Below are positions 24,991 through 35,572 of a DNA stretch of 64,000 bases, piece after piece. The notes beneath the pieces were generated by a model. It did not search any database and had not been told where the DNA came from. It saw only the letters and a program-made list of their open reading frames with translations. The stretch covers positions 124,001 to 188,000 of the forward strand of contig NIVC01000365.1 in assembly GCA_002269645.1 (NCBI GenBank). The letters are read 5' to 3'. The translations under genes were made by a program, and so were the position numbers. How positions within the stretch are numbered: the stretch's first letter is position 1; each line of letters opens with the position of its first letter. Source of the DNA: Macrostomum lignano. Lineage: Eukaryota.

Positions 24991-25162
24991 CATGCTTGGG
25001 CACAACCTTGGGATTCACCCGGCCGTTTCTATTGGCAACACACACATATAAGTCGCTATTGGATGGAATAGTAGTCATGTGACTGCTCTTGGCCAATAGC
25101 AACTTACATGTGTGTGTTGCCAATGAAAACGGCCAAGTGAATCCCAAGGTTGCACATGTATG
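24991..25162. mobile_element. Second copy of the 172-bp MITE, 8-bp TSD GGTATAAT
   Basis: TSD at 24983-24990 and 25163-25170; same length as and homologous to 21622-21793. Confidence 0.9.
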
Positions 25163-25412
25163 GGTATAATACCTGTGTCATGACACAAATTGGCACAAAA
25201 CCATTTCCAGTTTACACCTGAGACTAGGTATCGACGGGATCTTGATCCCAATCTCATTATCTCAAAATCCTGGGGGATCCCAACAATAATGAAATATGAT
25301 CTATGCAATTGAAGTTGATGGGCATCAACTTGCTGATCAAACAATGCACCGTGTCAGACTGCGATAATTCATTCCAACTTTGATGTTTTGAAGTTTTTTT
25401 GCACCAAAGAAA

Positions 25413-27381
25413 ATGCAACACCAGCCGGCCCAGCCTTTCAATCCATTCAAATTGCTGGCAGACGAGGACAATCCAGAAGCAGAGGTTGATGTTACCAGCG
25501 ATGACGAGGATGACGAGGACGAGCAAAGCGGATCCGCGTCCGCCTCGGCTGTGGAGCCGAGAGGCGAGCTGCAGCACATCGGCAGCGAGCCGTCGAGCTC
25601 GGAGCACAGACTGCAGTACGCCTACACCCTGTGGTACAACAGAAAATGCTCCACTGTAGCCACCGGCTCGCAGAAGCCTTCGTACGATGAGACGCTCTGT
25701 CAGGTGGCCACTTTTCGCTCATTGGAACAGTTCTGGCACCTGTACGCCTACCTGGTCCGGCCCAGCGATATCGACACTCAGACTGATTACTTGATCTTCA
25801 AGGTGCGGGCAGCAGGTCGCTGGAACTTGCATTGTTTAAGCGCCTACCACATGTAGATAGGAAGATAGATAGATAACTTTCTAATTATCAGACATTGTAC
25901 ACTCTGTGCCCTCCTGGGTGTGAATTGCAAGACAACCTTTCTAATTATCAGACATTGTACACTCTGTGCCCTCCTGGGTGTGAATTGCAAGGCAACCTTT
26001 CTAATTATCAGACATTGTACACTCTGTGCCCTCCTGGGTGTGAATTGCAAGGCAACCTTTAGCCAATTTTAGTGCTCAAGTCGCAAATAAACGTGGCCAT
26101 CAAGGGTCTGTGGTGCAGCAGCCTGACGCGTTTACCATTAGGCTGCTCTGCCCTTATACGGCTGGGAATTCTACAGTTACCCAGTTAGGCAGTTATCCTT
26201 GTAGAATCTTCTGCAGTTATCCTTGTAGAATCTTCTGCAGATATCCTTGTAGAATCTTCTGCAGTTATTCTGTAGAAAATACCGAATTTATTCTAATAGG
26301 AATTCAAAACAGTTATTCTGTAGAAAAATGCCAGTTATCTGGTAGAAAAATGGCAGTTATGTTGTAGAAAATGGCAGTTGTCTTGTTGAAAAATGGCAGT
26401 TATCTGTTAGAAAATGGCAGCTATTCTGTAGAAAAGTGCCAGCTATTCTGTAGAAAAATGCCAGTTATTGTTTAGAAAATGGCAGTTATCTGGTAGAAAA
26501 ATGGCAGTTATGTTGTAGAAAATGGCAGTTGTCTTGTTGAAAAATGGCAGTTATCTGTTAGAAAATGGCAGCTATTCTGTAGAAAAGTGCCAGCTATTCT
26601 GTAGAAAAATGCCAGTTATTGTTTAGAAAATGGCAGTTATCTGGTAGAAAAATGGCAGTTGTCTGGTAGAAAAATGGCAGTTGTCTTGTTGAAAAATGGC
26701 AGTTATCTGGTAGAAAACTGGCAGTTATTTGGTAGAAAAGTGCCAGTTATTCTGTAGAAAAATGCCAGTTATCTGGTAGAAAATGGCAGTTGTCTGGTAG
26801 AAAAATGACAGTTATCCCACTGGGATTTGGGCAGTTGTCCTGTAGAAAATACAGCAGTCATTCTTTTGGGAATTCAAGGCAGTTATCCAGCTGGTGACCT
26901 AGTTTTTTTCTTCGTGACTTTTAGTTGTAAAAAAGGTCTGTATAGTTATTGCTTACAGAGCATCAAAGTGTCGAGTTAATCATTGATGATGAATTTTGCC
27001 CCCCCCCCACCCGCCGCCCGCCAGGAGGGCGTCCGGCCCATGTGGGAGGACGCGCACAACAAGGACGGCGGCAAGTGGATCATCCGGCTCAAGAAGGGCC
27101 TGGCCTCGCGCTGCTTCGAGGCCATGCTGTTCGCTCTGCTTGGCGAGCAGTTCGATGTTGGCGACGAAATCTGCGGCACCGTGATGTCTATCCGCTTCAA
27201 GGAGGACATCCTGTCCGTGTGGAACCGCACCGCCACTGATGACGTCACCACCAAGCAGATCCGCGATATCATTAAGCGGACCCTGAACCTTCCAGCCAAC
27301 ACCATTATTGAGTACAAGCGGCATACGGACTCGCTCAAGGACAGGTCCAGCTACAGGAATACCGATGTCTATGTGCGGTAG
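25413..27381 (+). CDS. EIF4E2: eIF4E class II cap-binding protein (4EHP), 2 exons, 248 aa
   Basis: Exon 1 25413-25802 (HRLQYAYTLWY...SYDETL...EQFWHLY...IFK) and exon 2 27025-27381 (EGVRPMWED..NKDGGKWIIRLKKGLASRC...LGEQF..GDEICG...LNLPANTIIEYKRHTDSLK), phase-0 GT..AG intron. Tyr at both the W43- and W56-equivalent positions is the class II signature. Confidence 0.95.
25876..26061. repeat. 3 x 60-bp tandem repeat in the eIF4E2 intron
   Basis: Near-identical copies at exactly 60-bp offset. Confidence 0.95.
26186..26890. repeat. Degenerate ~20-bp minisatellite (GGCAGTTATCTGGTAGAAAAAT-type) in the eIF4E2 intron
   Basis: Tandem unit seen directly. Confidence 0.9.
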
Positions 27382-27424
27382 TGACCACTGGCTGCCTGTG
27401 ATGCGGCTGCGATGGTTGCGCTGC

Positions 27425-27695
27425 AGCTGAGTCAGCTGGGCTGTAGCTGAGTCAGTTGGGCTGTAGCTGAGTCAGTTCTGCTGTAGCTGTGTCAGTTTTG
27501 CTGTAGCTGAGTCAGTTGGGCTGTAGCTGAGTCAGTTGGGCTGTAGCTGAGTCAGTTGCGATTTAGCTGAATCAGTTGGGCTGTAGCTGAGTCAGTAGGA
27601 CTGTAGCTGAGTCAGTTGCGATTTAGCTGAGTCAGTTGCGCTGTAGCTGAGTCAGTTGTACCGCAGCTGAGTCAGCTGGGCTGTAGCTAAGTCAG
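27425..27695. repeat. 20-bp minisatellite (GCTGAGTCAGTTGGGCTGTA)n just after the eIF4E2 stop codon
   Basis: 14 units, 11 with TGAGTCA. Confidence 0.9.
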
Positions 27696-28102
27696 CTAGA
27701 GGATCACTGAGTTGGTTTAAGTTCTGTTGGTTTAGCATGATTTATTAGTGTTTGGCAATGGGTAGATAGCCGCTGTGAGTATGAATAGACCCGTTTTCTG
27801 TCCTTAACTGTTCTCGAGTCATTCTATATAGCTCTTCATGCTTTATCCAATCTCTGTTCAAACTCAATCTCCATCAGTTTTCATGCAATTGATGAAGACA
27901 TTTTCAATTGGCAGCAGTGCTGGTAGAAAATCAAACATGTTGATAAATAATTATTAATAAAAAGCTTTGCGGCTTTTTTACTTTGATGGTCCGCGTAGCC
28001 TCCTACTTGAAAACGTGAATTGAAATTTTTTTACTGACTTTTTTATCATTTGTTTTTTTTTAGAATTTGATAGCTTTGGCTTTATGCCTGACAGTGCGGC
28101 AG

Positions 28103-28890
28103 TCAGGTGTGAGATTAATTCAGAATAGAGTGGTCAGGTGTGGGATTAATTCAGAATAGAGTGGTCAGGTGTGGGATTAATTCAGAATAGAGTGGTCAGG
28201 TGTGGGATTAATTCAGAATAGAGTGGTCAGGTGTGGGATTAATTCAGAATAGAGTGGTCAGGTGTGGGATTAATTCAGAATAGAGTGGTCAGGTGTGGGA
28301 TTAATTCAGAATAGAGTGGTCAGGTGTGGGATTAATTCAGAATAGAGTGGTCAGGTGTGGGATTAATTCAGAATAGAGTGGTCAGTGTCAGATTAATTCA
28401 GAATAGAGTGGTCAGGTGTGTGATTAATTCAGAGTATAGTAGTCAGTGTCAGATTAATTCAGAATAGAGTGGTCAGGTGTGGGATTAATTCAGAATAGAG
28501 TGGTCAAGTGTGGGATTAATTCAGAATAGAGTGGTCAGGTGTGGGATTAATTCAGAATAGAGTGGTCAGTGTCAGATTAATTCAGAATAGAGTGGTCAGG
28601 TGTGTGATTAATTCAGAGTATAGTAGTCAGTGTCAGATTAATTCAGAATAGAGTGGTCAGGTGTCAGATTAATTCAGAATAGAGTGGTCAGTGTCAGATT
28701 AATTCAGAATAGAGTGGTCAGGTGTCAGATTAATTCAGAATAGAGTGGTCAGGTGTGGGATTAATTCAGAGTATAGTAGTCAGTGTCAGATTAATTCAGA
28801 ATAGAGTGGTCAGGTGTGGGATTAATTCAGAATAGAGTTGTCAGGTGTGGGATTAATTCAGAATAGAGTGGTCAGGTGTGGGATTAATTC
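28103..28890. repeat. 31-bp minisatellite (GGTCAGGTGTGGGATTAATTCAGAATAGAGT)n
   Basis: About 25 copies. Confidence 0.95.
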
Positions 28891-29124
28891 AAAGCACAGT
28901 GTGAAGTCTGGGTTTACCAATTGTGTTTGGCCTTTTACTGGAAGCATATAGAATACTCATGCAGCATGATTCGCCTGTTTTTTTCCTCACAATACTAGTA
29001 TTGTCAGTAGGCTGAAGCGAGTCTATAGCTAGCTTGCATTAATGCTTTCCAGGCGCAGCAGGTCACGCCCAGCCTCGGTCGGGCGGCACTGTAAGCGCTG
29101 GGACCAGAGACTGAGAAAGGGAGA

Positions 29125-32100
29125 ATGCAATCCTCGGTTGGGACTTCCCCGAAGTCCACGGAGCACTTTGAAGAGGTCAACAACAAGTTGATTTTTACAG
29201 ATCGACGTCTACTATTGAAGCTCCCGTGCAAGTTGCTCGGCGCGCTGGTCAGGGCGTGCGGACTGCCGCGTGAGCTTGAAAACAGTTTCTGCATTGACGA
29301 TGATGGCACAATGCGGCAGGTGGGTAGCGGAGATCTAAAATCCCAATGGATTGATGAATTTCTCAATACTATACTTACTAAATCTCTTATATTCATTCCG
29401 CTTCAGTTGGAGTCCACGGCTGAGGTGCCAATGAGCAAGGTGTGGAAAGTCGCGCTAGGCTGGCTTCAAGAAAACTATGGCGACAGCTTTGGTGCTGTGT
29501 TTGTTAGCGCGATGCGCTGGGATAAAGTCGGCTGTGGCGACATTGCCAACAGGTTTGATAAGGGTGAGTGAGCGCCTTTTCAATACAGGCTTGCCGGCTG
29601 CTTGGGGGAGGATTTCAGAGGTGTCAAATGTCGGGGGGAGGATTTCAGAGGCACCAAATTTCAGGGAGGATTTCAGAGGCGCCAAATGTCGGAGGGAGGA
29701 TTTCAGAGGCGCCAAATGTCGGAGGGAGGATTTCAGAGACGCCAAATTTCGGGGAGTATTTCAGGGGCGCCAAATTTTGAAGGGAGGATTTCAGAGGCGC
29801 CAAATGTCAGGGGCAGGATTTCAGAGGCGCCAAATGTCGGAGGGGAGGATTTCAGAGGCGCCAAATGTCGGAGGGGAGGATTTCAGAGGCGCCAAATGTC
29901 GGAGGGGAGGATTTCAGAGGCGCCAAATGTCGGAGGGGAGGATTTTAGAGGCGCCAAATGTCGGAGGGAGGATTTCAGAGGCGCCAAATGTCGGAGGGAG
30001 GATTTCAGAGGCGCCAAATGTCGGAGGGGAGGATTTCAGAGGCGCCAAATGTCGGGGGGAGGATTTCAGAGGCGCCAAATGTCGGAGGGAGGATTTCAGA
30101 GGCGCCAAATGTCGAAGGGAGGATTTCAGAGGCGCCAAATGTCGGAGGGGAGGATTTCAGAGGCGCCAAATGTCGGAGGGGAGGATTTCAGAGGCGCCAA
30201 ATGTCGGAGGGAGGATTTCAGAGGCGCCAAATGTCGGGGGGATTTCAGAGGCGCCAAATGTCGAAGGGGAGGATTTCAGAGGCGCCAAATGTCGGGGGGA
30301 GGATTTCAGAGGCGCCAAATGTCGAAGGGGAGGATTTCAGAGGCGCCAAATGTCGGAGGGGAGGATTTCAGAGGCGCCAAATGTCGGGGGGAGGATTTCA
30401 GAGGCGCCAAATGTCGAAGGGGGGATTTCAGAGGCGCCAAATGTCGGAGGGGAGGATTTCAGAGGCGCCAAATGTCGGGGGAGGATTTCAGAGGCGCCAA
30501 ATGTCGGAGGGGAGGATTTCAGAGGCGCCAAATGTCGGGGGGAGGATTTCAGGGGCGCCAAATTTCGGAGGGAGGATTTCAGAGGCGCCAAATGTCGGGG
30601 GGAGGATTTCAGAGGCGCCAAATGTCGAAGGGAGGATTTCAGAGGCGCCAAATGTCGGAGGGAGGATTTCAGAGGCGCCAAATGTCGGAGGGGAGGATTT
30701 CAGAGGCGCCAAATGTCGGAGGGAGGATTTCAGAGGCGCCAAATGTCGAAGGGGGATTTCAGAGGCGCCAAATGTCGGAGGGGAGGATTTCAGAGGCGCC
30801 AAATGTCGGGGGAGGATTTCAGAGGCGCCAAATGTCGGAGGGGAGGATTTCAGAGGCGCCAAATGTCGGGGGGAGGATTTCAGGGGCGCCAAATTTCGGA
30901 GGGAGGATTTCAGAGGCGCCAAATGTCGGGGGGAGGATTTCAGAGGCGCCAAATGTGAGATGTCAGCTGTGAAATGTGAAATGTCAGAAAGCACTAATAG
31001 AACCTGCTGTCCAGTGCAGCAGTGCATATAGGGGTGGTGCAGCTGATGTACCACTCTAAGGTCTTTCGGCTGTGCGGCCGCTCTAGAATTAGTCCATTTA
31101 GTGGATTGACGAAGTGCGAATTTGCGAGGCGCGCTAATGTGCATTGGATTTCCTGGAAATGCTCTCAGCCTGGTGTCTATTTTTAGCACAGTCCCCGCAC
31201 CTGCAGTTAGTTGCGTCATTTTCCTGGAAATTGTCCGTCAATGATTCCTAGAAAAGCTCAAGTGGCTATTGTCGTTTTCTCTGGCTGCGTTCAGAGTACC
31301 TCTCTATGCAGAGCTGCCTCCATGGGGCATGGATATATTGAGCTTACAGTGTGTGCCCTTTGTTAGTCAGATATTAGTTCAAATTTAAACTGTTTTTCAT
31401 TCATTTTTTCAGAACTCAGATTTTGTTATTCACCTATGGAGGTAAAACTGCTAAGAATTCAGTCAAGTAAGTTTGCGCTGTGGCTTGCTGTTTCTCTCCT
31501 CTGTCTCCCTCTTGCTTCCCTCCCTTGCCTCTCTTTGTTTCCTCTCTTGTCTCCTTCTTGTGTCTCCCAATCTTGTCTCCCTCTCGTGTCTCCTTCTCTC
31601 GTCTCCCTCCCGTGTCTCCCCCTCTTGTCTCCTTCTGGTGTCTCCCAATCTTGTCTCCTTCTCTCGTCTCCCTCCCTTGTCTCCCCCTCGTGTCTCCCTC
31701 TCTTGTCTCCTCTCCTGTCTCCCTCTCTTGTCCCCTGTCTCCCTCTCTTGTCTCCCTCTTGTCTCCCTCTCCTGTCTCCCTCTCCTGTCTCCCTCTCTTG
31801 TCCCCTGTCTCCCTCTCTTGTCTCCCTCCCTTGTCTCCCTCTCCTGTCTCCCTCTCTTGTCCCCTGTCTCCCTCTCTTGTCTCCCTCTCTTGTCTCCCCT
31901 CTTGTCTCCCTCTCTTGTCTCCCTCTCTTGTCTCCCTCTCTTGTCTCCCTCTCTTGTCTCCCTCTCTTGTCTCCCTCTCTTGTCTCCCTCTCCTGTCTCC
32001 CTCTCTTGTCTCTCTCATGCGTTTTTCTCTTCGCATTTCTCCTTCATCTCTCATCCTCTCAAGCCCGCCTACGCAACCCCATTGGCAGTCGTCGCCTCCC

Positions 32101-32357
32101 TTGGCAATCGGCTCGACGTCGACGCCATTCGCGCCGCGGCCTCCGACGCGGCCACCGGCTCGCCCATCCAGCTGCCGACGCCCCGCGACCTGTCCAGGTG
32201 CGCCACCGCCCCCGACCTGGTGCAGCTGCTGGTCCGCTGCGATCGGATCGGCTGCCTCACCGGCCTCTGCCAGGACTCTGAGCAGGCCAAGGCAGAGCTG
32301 GCCGAACTGGAGCGGCTCATGTCTGAGCTGGCCCCTGCTGCTGGCAGCCGGAGCTAG
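29125..32357 (+). CDS. Putative death-fold protein (N-terminal death-domain-like region, C-terminal DED-like segment)
   Basis: Proposed exons 29125-29319, 29407-29563, 31413-31441 (29-bp micro-exon) and 32064-32357, with consistent phases (0,1,0) and GT..AG borders. LGALVRACGLP...VALGWLQENYG...FVSAMR...GCGDIAN fits the death-domain helix pattern by eye. Start codon and micro-exon are uncertain. Confidence 0.5.
29605..30956. repeat. ~27-30-bp minisatellite (GGAGGATTTCAGAGGCGCCAAATGTCGGAG)n, intronic
   Basis: Starts about 40 bp after the donor at 29564; source of the EDFRGAKC and GGFQRRQM ORFs. Confidence 0.95.
31490..32015. repeat. Pyrimidine-rich ~14-bp minisatellite (CTCCCTCTCTTGTC)n
   Basis: Tandem unit upstream of the acceptor at 32063. 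Confidence 0.9.
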
Positions 32358-32384
32358 CGAGGTCTATCTGTCTGTCTGTCTGCC

Positions 32385-32388
32385 TGCC

Positions 32389-32436
<48 letters not shown>

Positions 32437-32490
32437 AGTCTGTCTGTCTGTCTGTCTGTCAGTCTGTCTGTCTGTGTCTGTCTGCCTGCC
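32385..32490. repeat. (CTGT)n microsatellite
   Basis: Seen directly. Confidence 0.95.
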
Positions 32491-32909
32491 TCGTCAAGCA
32501 CTCACAGGAGAGACCTTCCCCAGTAATCTTTGCTTGTCTTTCCCCTTGTACAGTCAGTCAGAAGGCTGCCAGATCAGATTTGAGCACAGCACGCGCCCAT
32601 CCCATGCCAGCTGTATGCTGCTGTGTCGGCAAGGAATGCGCGACTCGTCTTTTGCGCTTTTTAATATCTGATCCAAAGTTTTATGTGGAGTTTGCAAATT
32701 AGCGTATAGCAAATATACGAAATCTATTCTATTTTTATTAAGTGTTTCACTGCTTTCATGGCAAGAAATTAAATAATTATTTTCTACCCCGTCTTCTAAA
32801 TCACTTTACAAATATTATGCCCTGACTACCTGGCATCACCGACCCTCACCTGACAAGCATAGTCCTGACATCTCTGACATCTATATGTGACTGACACGAC
32901 TGATATCCC

Positions 32910-33215
32910 AACCCTGACCCCTGACATCTCAAACCTGACCCCCGACATCTCAAACCTGACCCTTGATACCCTAAACCTGACCCCTGACATCTCAAACCTG
33001 ACTTCCTACCATCTCAAACCTAACCTCTGACATCTCAAACCTGACCTCTGACATCTCAAACCTGACCCCTGACATCTCAAACCTGACCCCTGACATCTCA
33101 AACCTGACTTCCTGACATCTCAAACCTAACCTCTGACATCTCAAACCTGACCCCAGACAATTTACATCTCACTCTGACATCCAAATTCTCGCTCCTGACA
33201 TCTCAAACCTGACCC
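32910..33215. repeat. 21-bp minisatellite (CTGACATCTCAAACCTGACCC)n
   Basis: Seen directly. Confidence 0.9.
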
Positions 33216-33722
33216 CCCACAGCCATGAATCACCAAACTTCAGATTCTCCTGAGCCCTCCGGCTGCTGGCAACGCAGCCAACAGCTCACAGGACTGGCAC
33301 CTGACCCGTTCCTGACACCTTTCTTTGACTTCTAACCGCTAAACACGATGCCAAGTAAAGGCAGCTAATTTACACTTTTGGAGATTTATCCAGACGACAG
33401 AACTGAGGGGATTTTATTGCATGTACAAGAGATCGCCTTAGCCTGAACTAAAGAGTAGCAAGAACATAATGTTAAAGTTCGACTACTGATGAGTAGAAAG
33501 TATGGAGTGTAGCTCGAAAAGCTTGCATGGCGGGCAAAGAAATGACCCGGGTGGTGTCCTGGCAGTAGCACCCCGGGTTCGATTCGAAAGTGACGTTTTG
33601 GTCGCTCACTTAGCAGCTCAATCATCTATAAACTGTTTGCTGGTTTATTTTTATAAACAGCGATTCAGTCAGTCTGCCGTCGCTATGGGAGCCATTGAGG
33701 AAAGCCCGCGCCAATTGGTAAG

Positions 33723-33915
33723 CAGAGGACAATTATCCAATTATCAGGCATGGGGATCAGCTGCTGTTATTCGCTTGCCGAGGTGCCGCACCGCGGCTCC
33801 CAGCGAGTATCCGGGCGGAGACGGTGACGCGAGCTTCGAATGGCGCAACAGTTCAGACCGCTGCACTGGCTGGCTGGGAGGCTGCGGAGAGGAGATGAGG
33901 TGCCAGGGATGCTGG
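33723..33915 (+). mobile_element. Dispersed fragment of the foldback-1 arm
   Basis: Homologous to ~40001-40180 (AATTATCCAATTATCAGGCATGGGGATCAGCTG...TTCGAATGGCGCAACAGTTCAGACCGCTGCAC). Confidence 0.8.
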
Positions 33916-33977
33916 GCCGGCAGGGGATGATGCAAGCAATTGGCGTGAGAGCTGATGAATCTGAAGATGCGGCCATG

Positions 33978-34036
33978 CAGTGGCGGATCCAGGATTTTCT
34001 GGGGGGGGGGTCATGGACCCCCTGGATCCGCCACTG
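33978..34036. mobile_element. 59-bp mini-MITE with perfect 16-bp TIR CAGTGGCGGATCCAGG
   Basis: TIR pair seen directly; another right-end-like motif CTGGATCCGCCA at 34144-34155; no clear TSD. Confidence 0.6.
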
Positions 34037-34496
34037 CTCTTAACTACGAAAGGGCAAGCCTAAAATTTTGTTTCCGAGGAGAGTCGAGCCCCCCCCCTAA
34101 TTTTCTTGGGTGGGAGGTCAGCCCACCCCCTTGACCCTACCCTCTGGATCCGCCAGGGGATACTTACATGTACCTAAATCTAAGAGCGTACTTACTGGCC
34201 CCTATCGCAACCCCCCAAGGTTTAACCCTGTGGTGCGCCTCGCCACCGCCAGTAGTCGGCAGGTTCGCAGAGGAGGCATTGGCGACCTTCATTCGGTCTG
34301 TATCTTGGACGAAGGCTAGATCACGGATGTTGTCCGAATTGACCAGCTCGTCCATTCACCGAGGGGGTGGCCGAGGTGTTTGTGCCGCGCCTTATTGAAG
34401 TAATGGCAGGGCGAATGTGATGCTTCGCGCGGTCTCCTCTCCTATGCCACAGCAAAGACAGGTGGGAGGGCAACCAGTTTGAAACTATCGATACAC

Positions 34497-34830
34497 TAAT
34501 AATAAGAATAGTATTAATAATATTTATAATTGATTACACCTGCCCCAATTGGACCAGGTGTGCAACCGACAGCTCAGCCGCAGCTATAGCTATAATTGCG
34601 CGGCGCATCTGAAGGCTGCGTACGGCTGTTCAGTCAGAGGACTGGGGCCGGGTCGCCACACATCCTCAATTACCCCAGCTAATGCTGGCACCCATTTTAC
34701 AGCTGGGTGAACTGAAGCAATGCAGAGTTAAGTGTCTTGCTCAAGGACAAATTGTTCCAGTGAGATCGGGAATCGAACCCCCGACCTTCAATTCGTGAAT
34801 CCAACGCTCTAACCACTAGGCTATAACCCC
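34497..34830 (-). mobile_element. Full-length tRNA-derived CORE-type SINE
   Basis: Minus strand reads GGGGTTATAGCCTAGTGGTTAGAGCG (A box)...GGTTCGATTCCC (B box), then a CORE-like body and a TTA-rich tail; homologous to 13401-13623. Confidence 0.85.
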
Positions 34831-35572
34831 TCTACTAGGCTAAAACCCTAATTTCTACTAGGCTAAAACCCCCTCTACTAGGCTAAAACCCTTTCTACTA
34901 GACTACAACCCCCTCTACTAGGCTAAAACCCCCTCCACTAGACTACAACCCCCTCTACTAGGCTACAACCCCCTCTACTAGGCTAAAACCCCTCTACTAG
35001 GCTACAACCCTTTCTACTAGGCTACAACCCCCTCTACTAGGCTACAACCCCTCTACTAGGCTACAACCCCTCTACTAGGCTACAACCCCTCTACTAGGCT
35101 ACAACCCCTCTACTAGGCTACAACCCCTCTACTAGGCTACAACCCCTCTACTAGGCTACAACCCCTCTACTAGGCTACAACCCCCTCTACTAGGCTACAA
35201 CCCCTCTACTAGGCTACAACCCCTCTACTAGGCTACAACCCCTCTACTAGGCTACAACCCCTCTACTAGGCTACAACCCCTCTACTAGGCTACAACCCCT
35301 CTACTAGGCTACAACCCCTCTACTAGGCTACAACCCCTCTACTAGGCTACAAACCCTCTACTAGGCTACAACCCCCTCTACTAGGCTACAACCCCTCTAC
35401 TAGGCTAACCCCTCTACTAGGCCACAACCCCTCTACTAGGCTACAACCCCCTCTACTAGGCTAAAACCCTTTCTACTAGACTACAACCCCCTCTACTAGG
35501 CTACAACCCCTCTACTAGGCTAAAACCCCCTCTACTAGGCTAAAACCCCCTCTACTAGGCTACAACCCCTCT
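34831..35572. repeat. 19-20-bp minisatellite (CTCTACTAGGCTACAACCCC)n attached to the SINE 5' end
   Basis: About 38 copies; the reverse complement is the SINE 5' end lacking GGTT. Confidence 0.95.

Noticed and set aside
29320-29406. In-frame read-through within ORF 29125..29571
   Set aside because: AT-rich 87-bp segment with GT..AG borders; treated as an intron that happens to be stop-free.
34745-34830. tRNA gene
   Set aside because: A and B boxes are present, but there is no 3' acceptor-stem complement and a CORE-SINE body follows; it is a SINE head.
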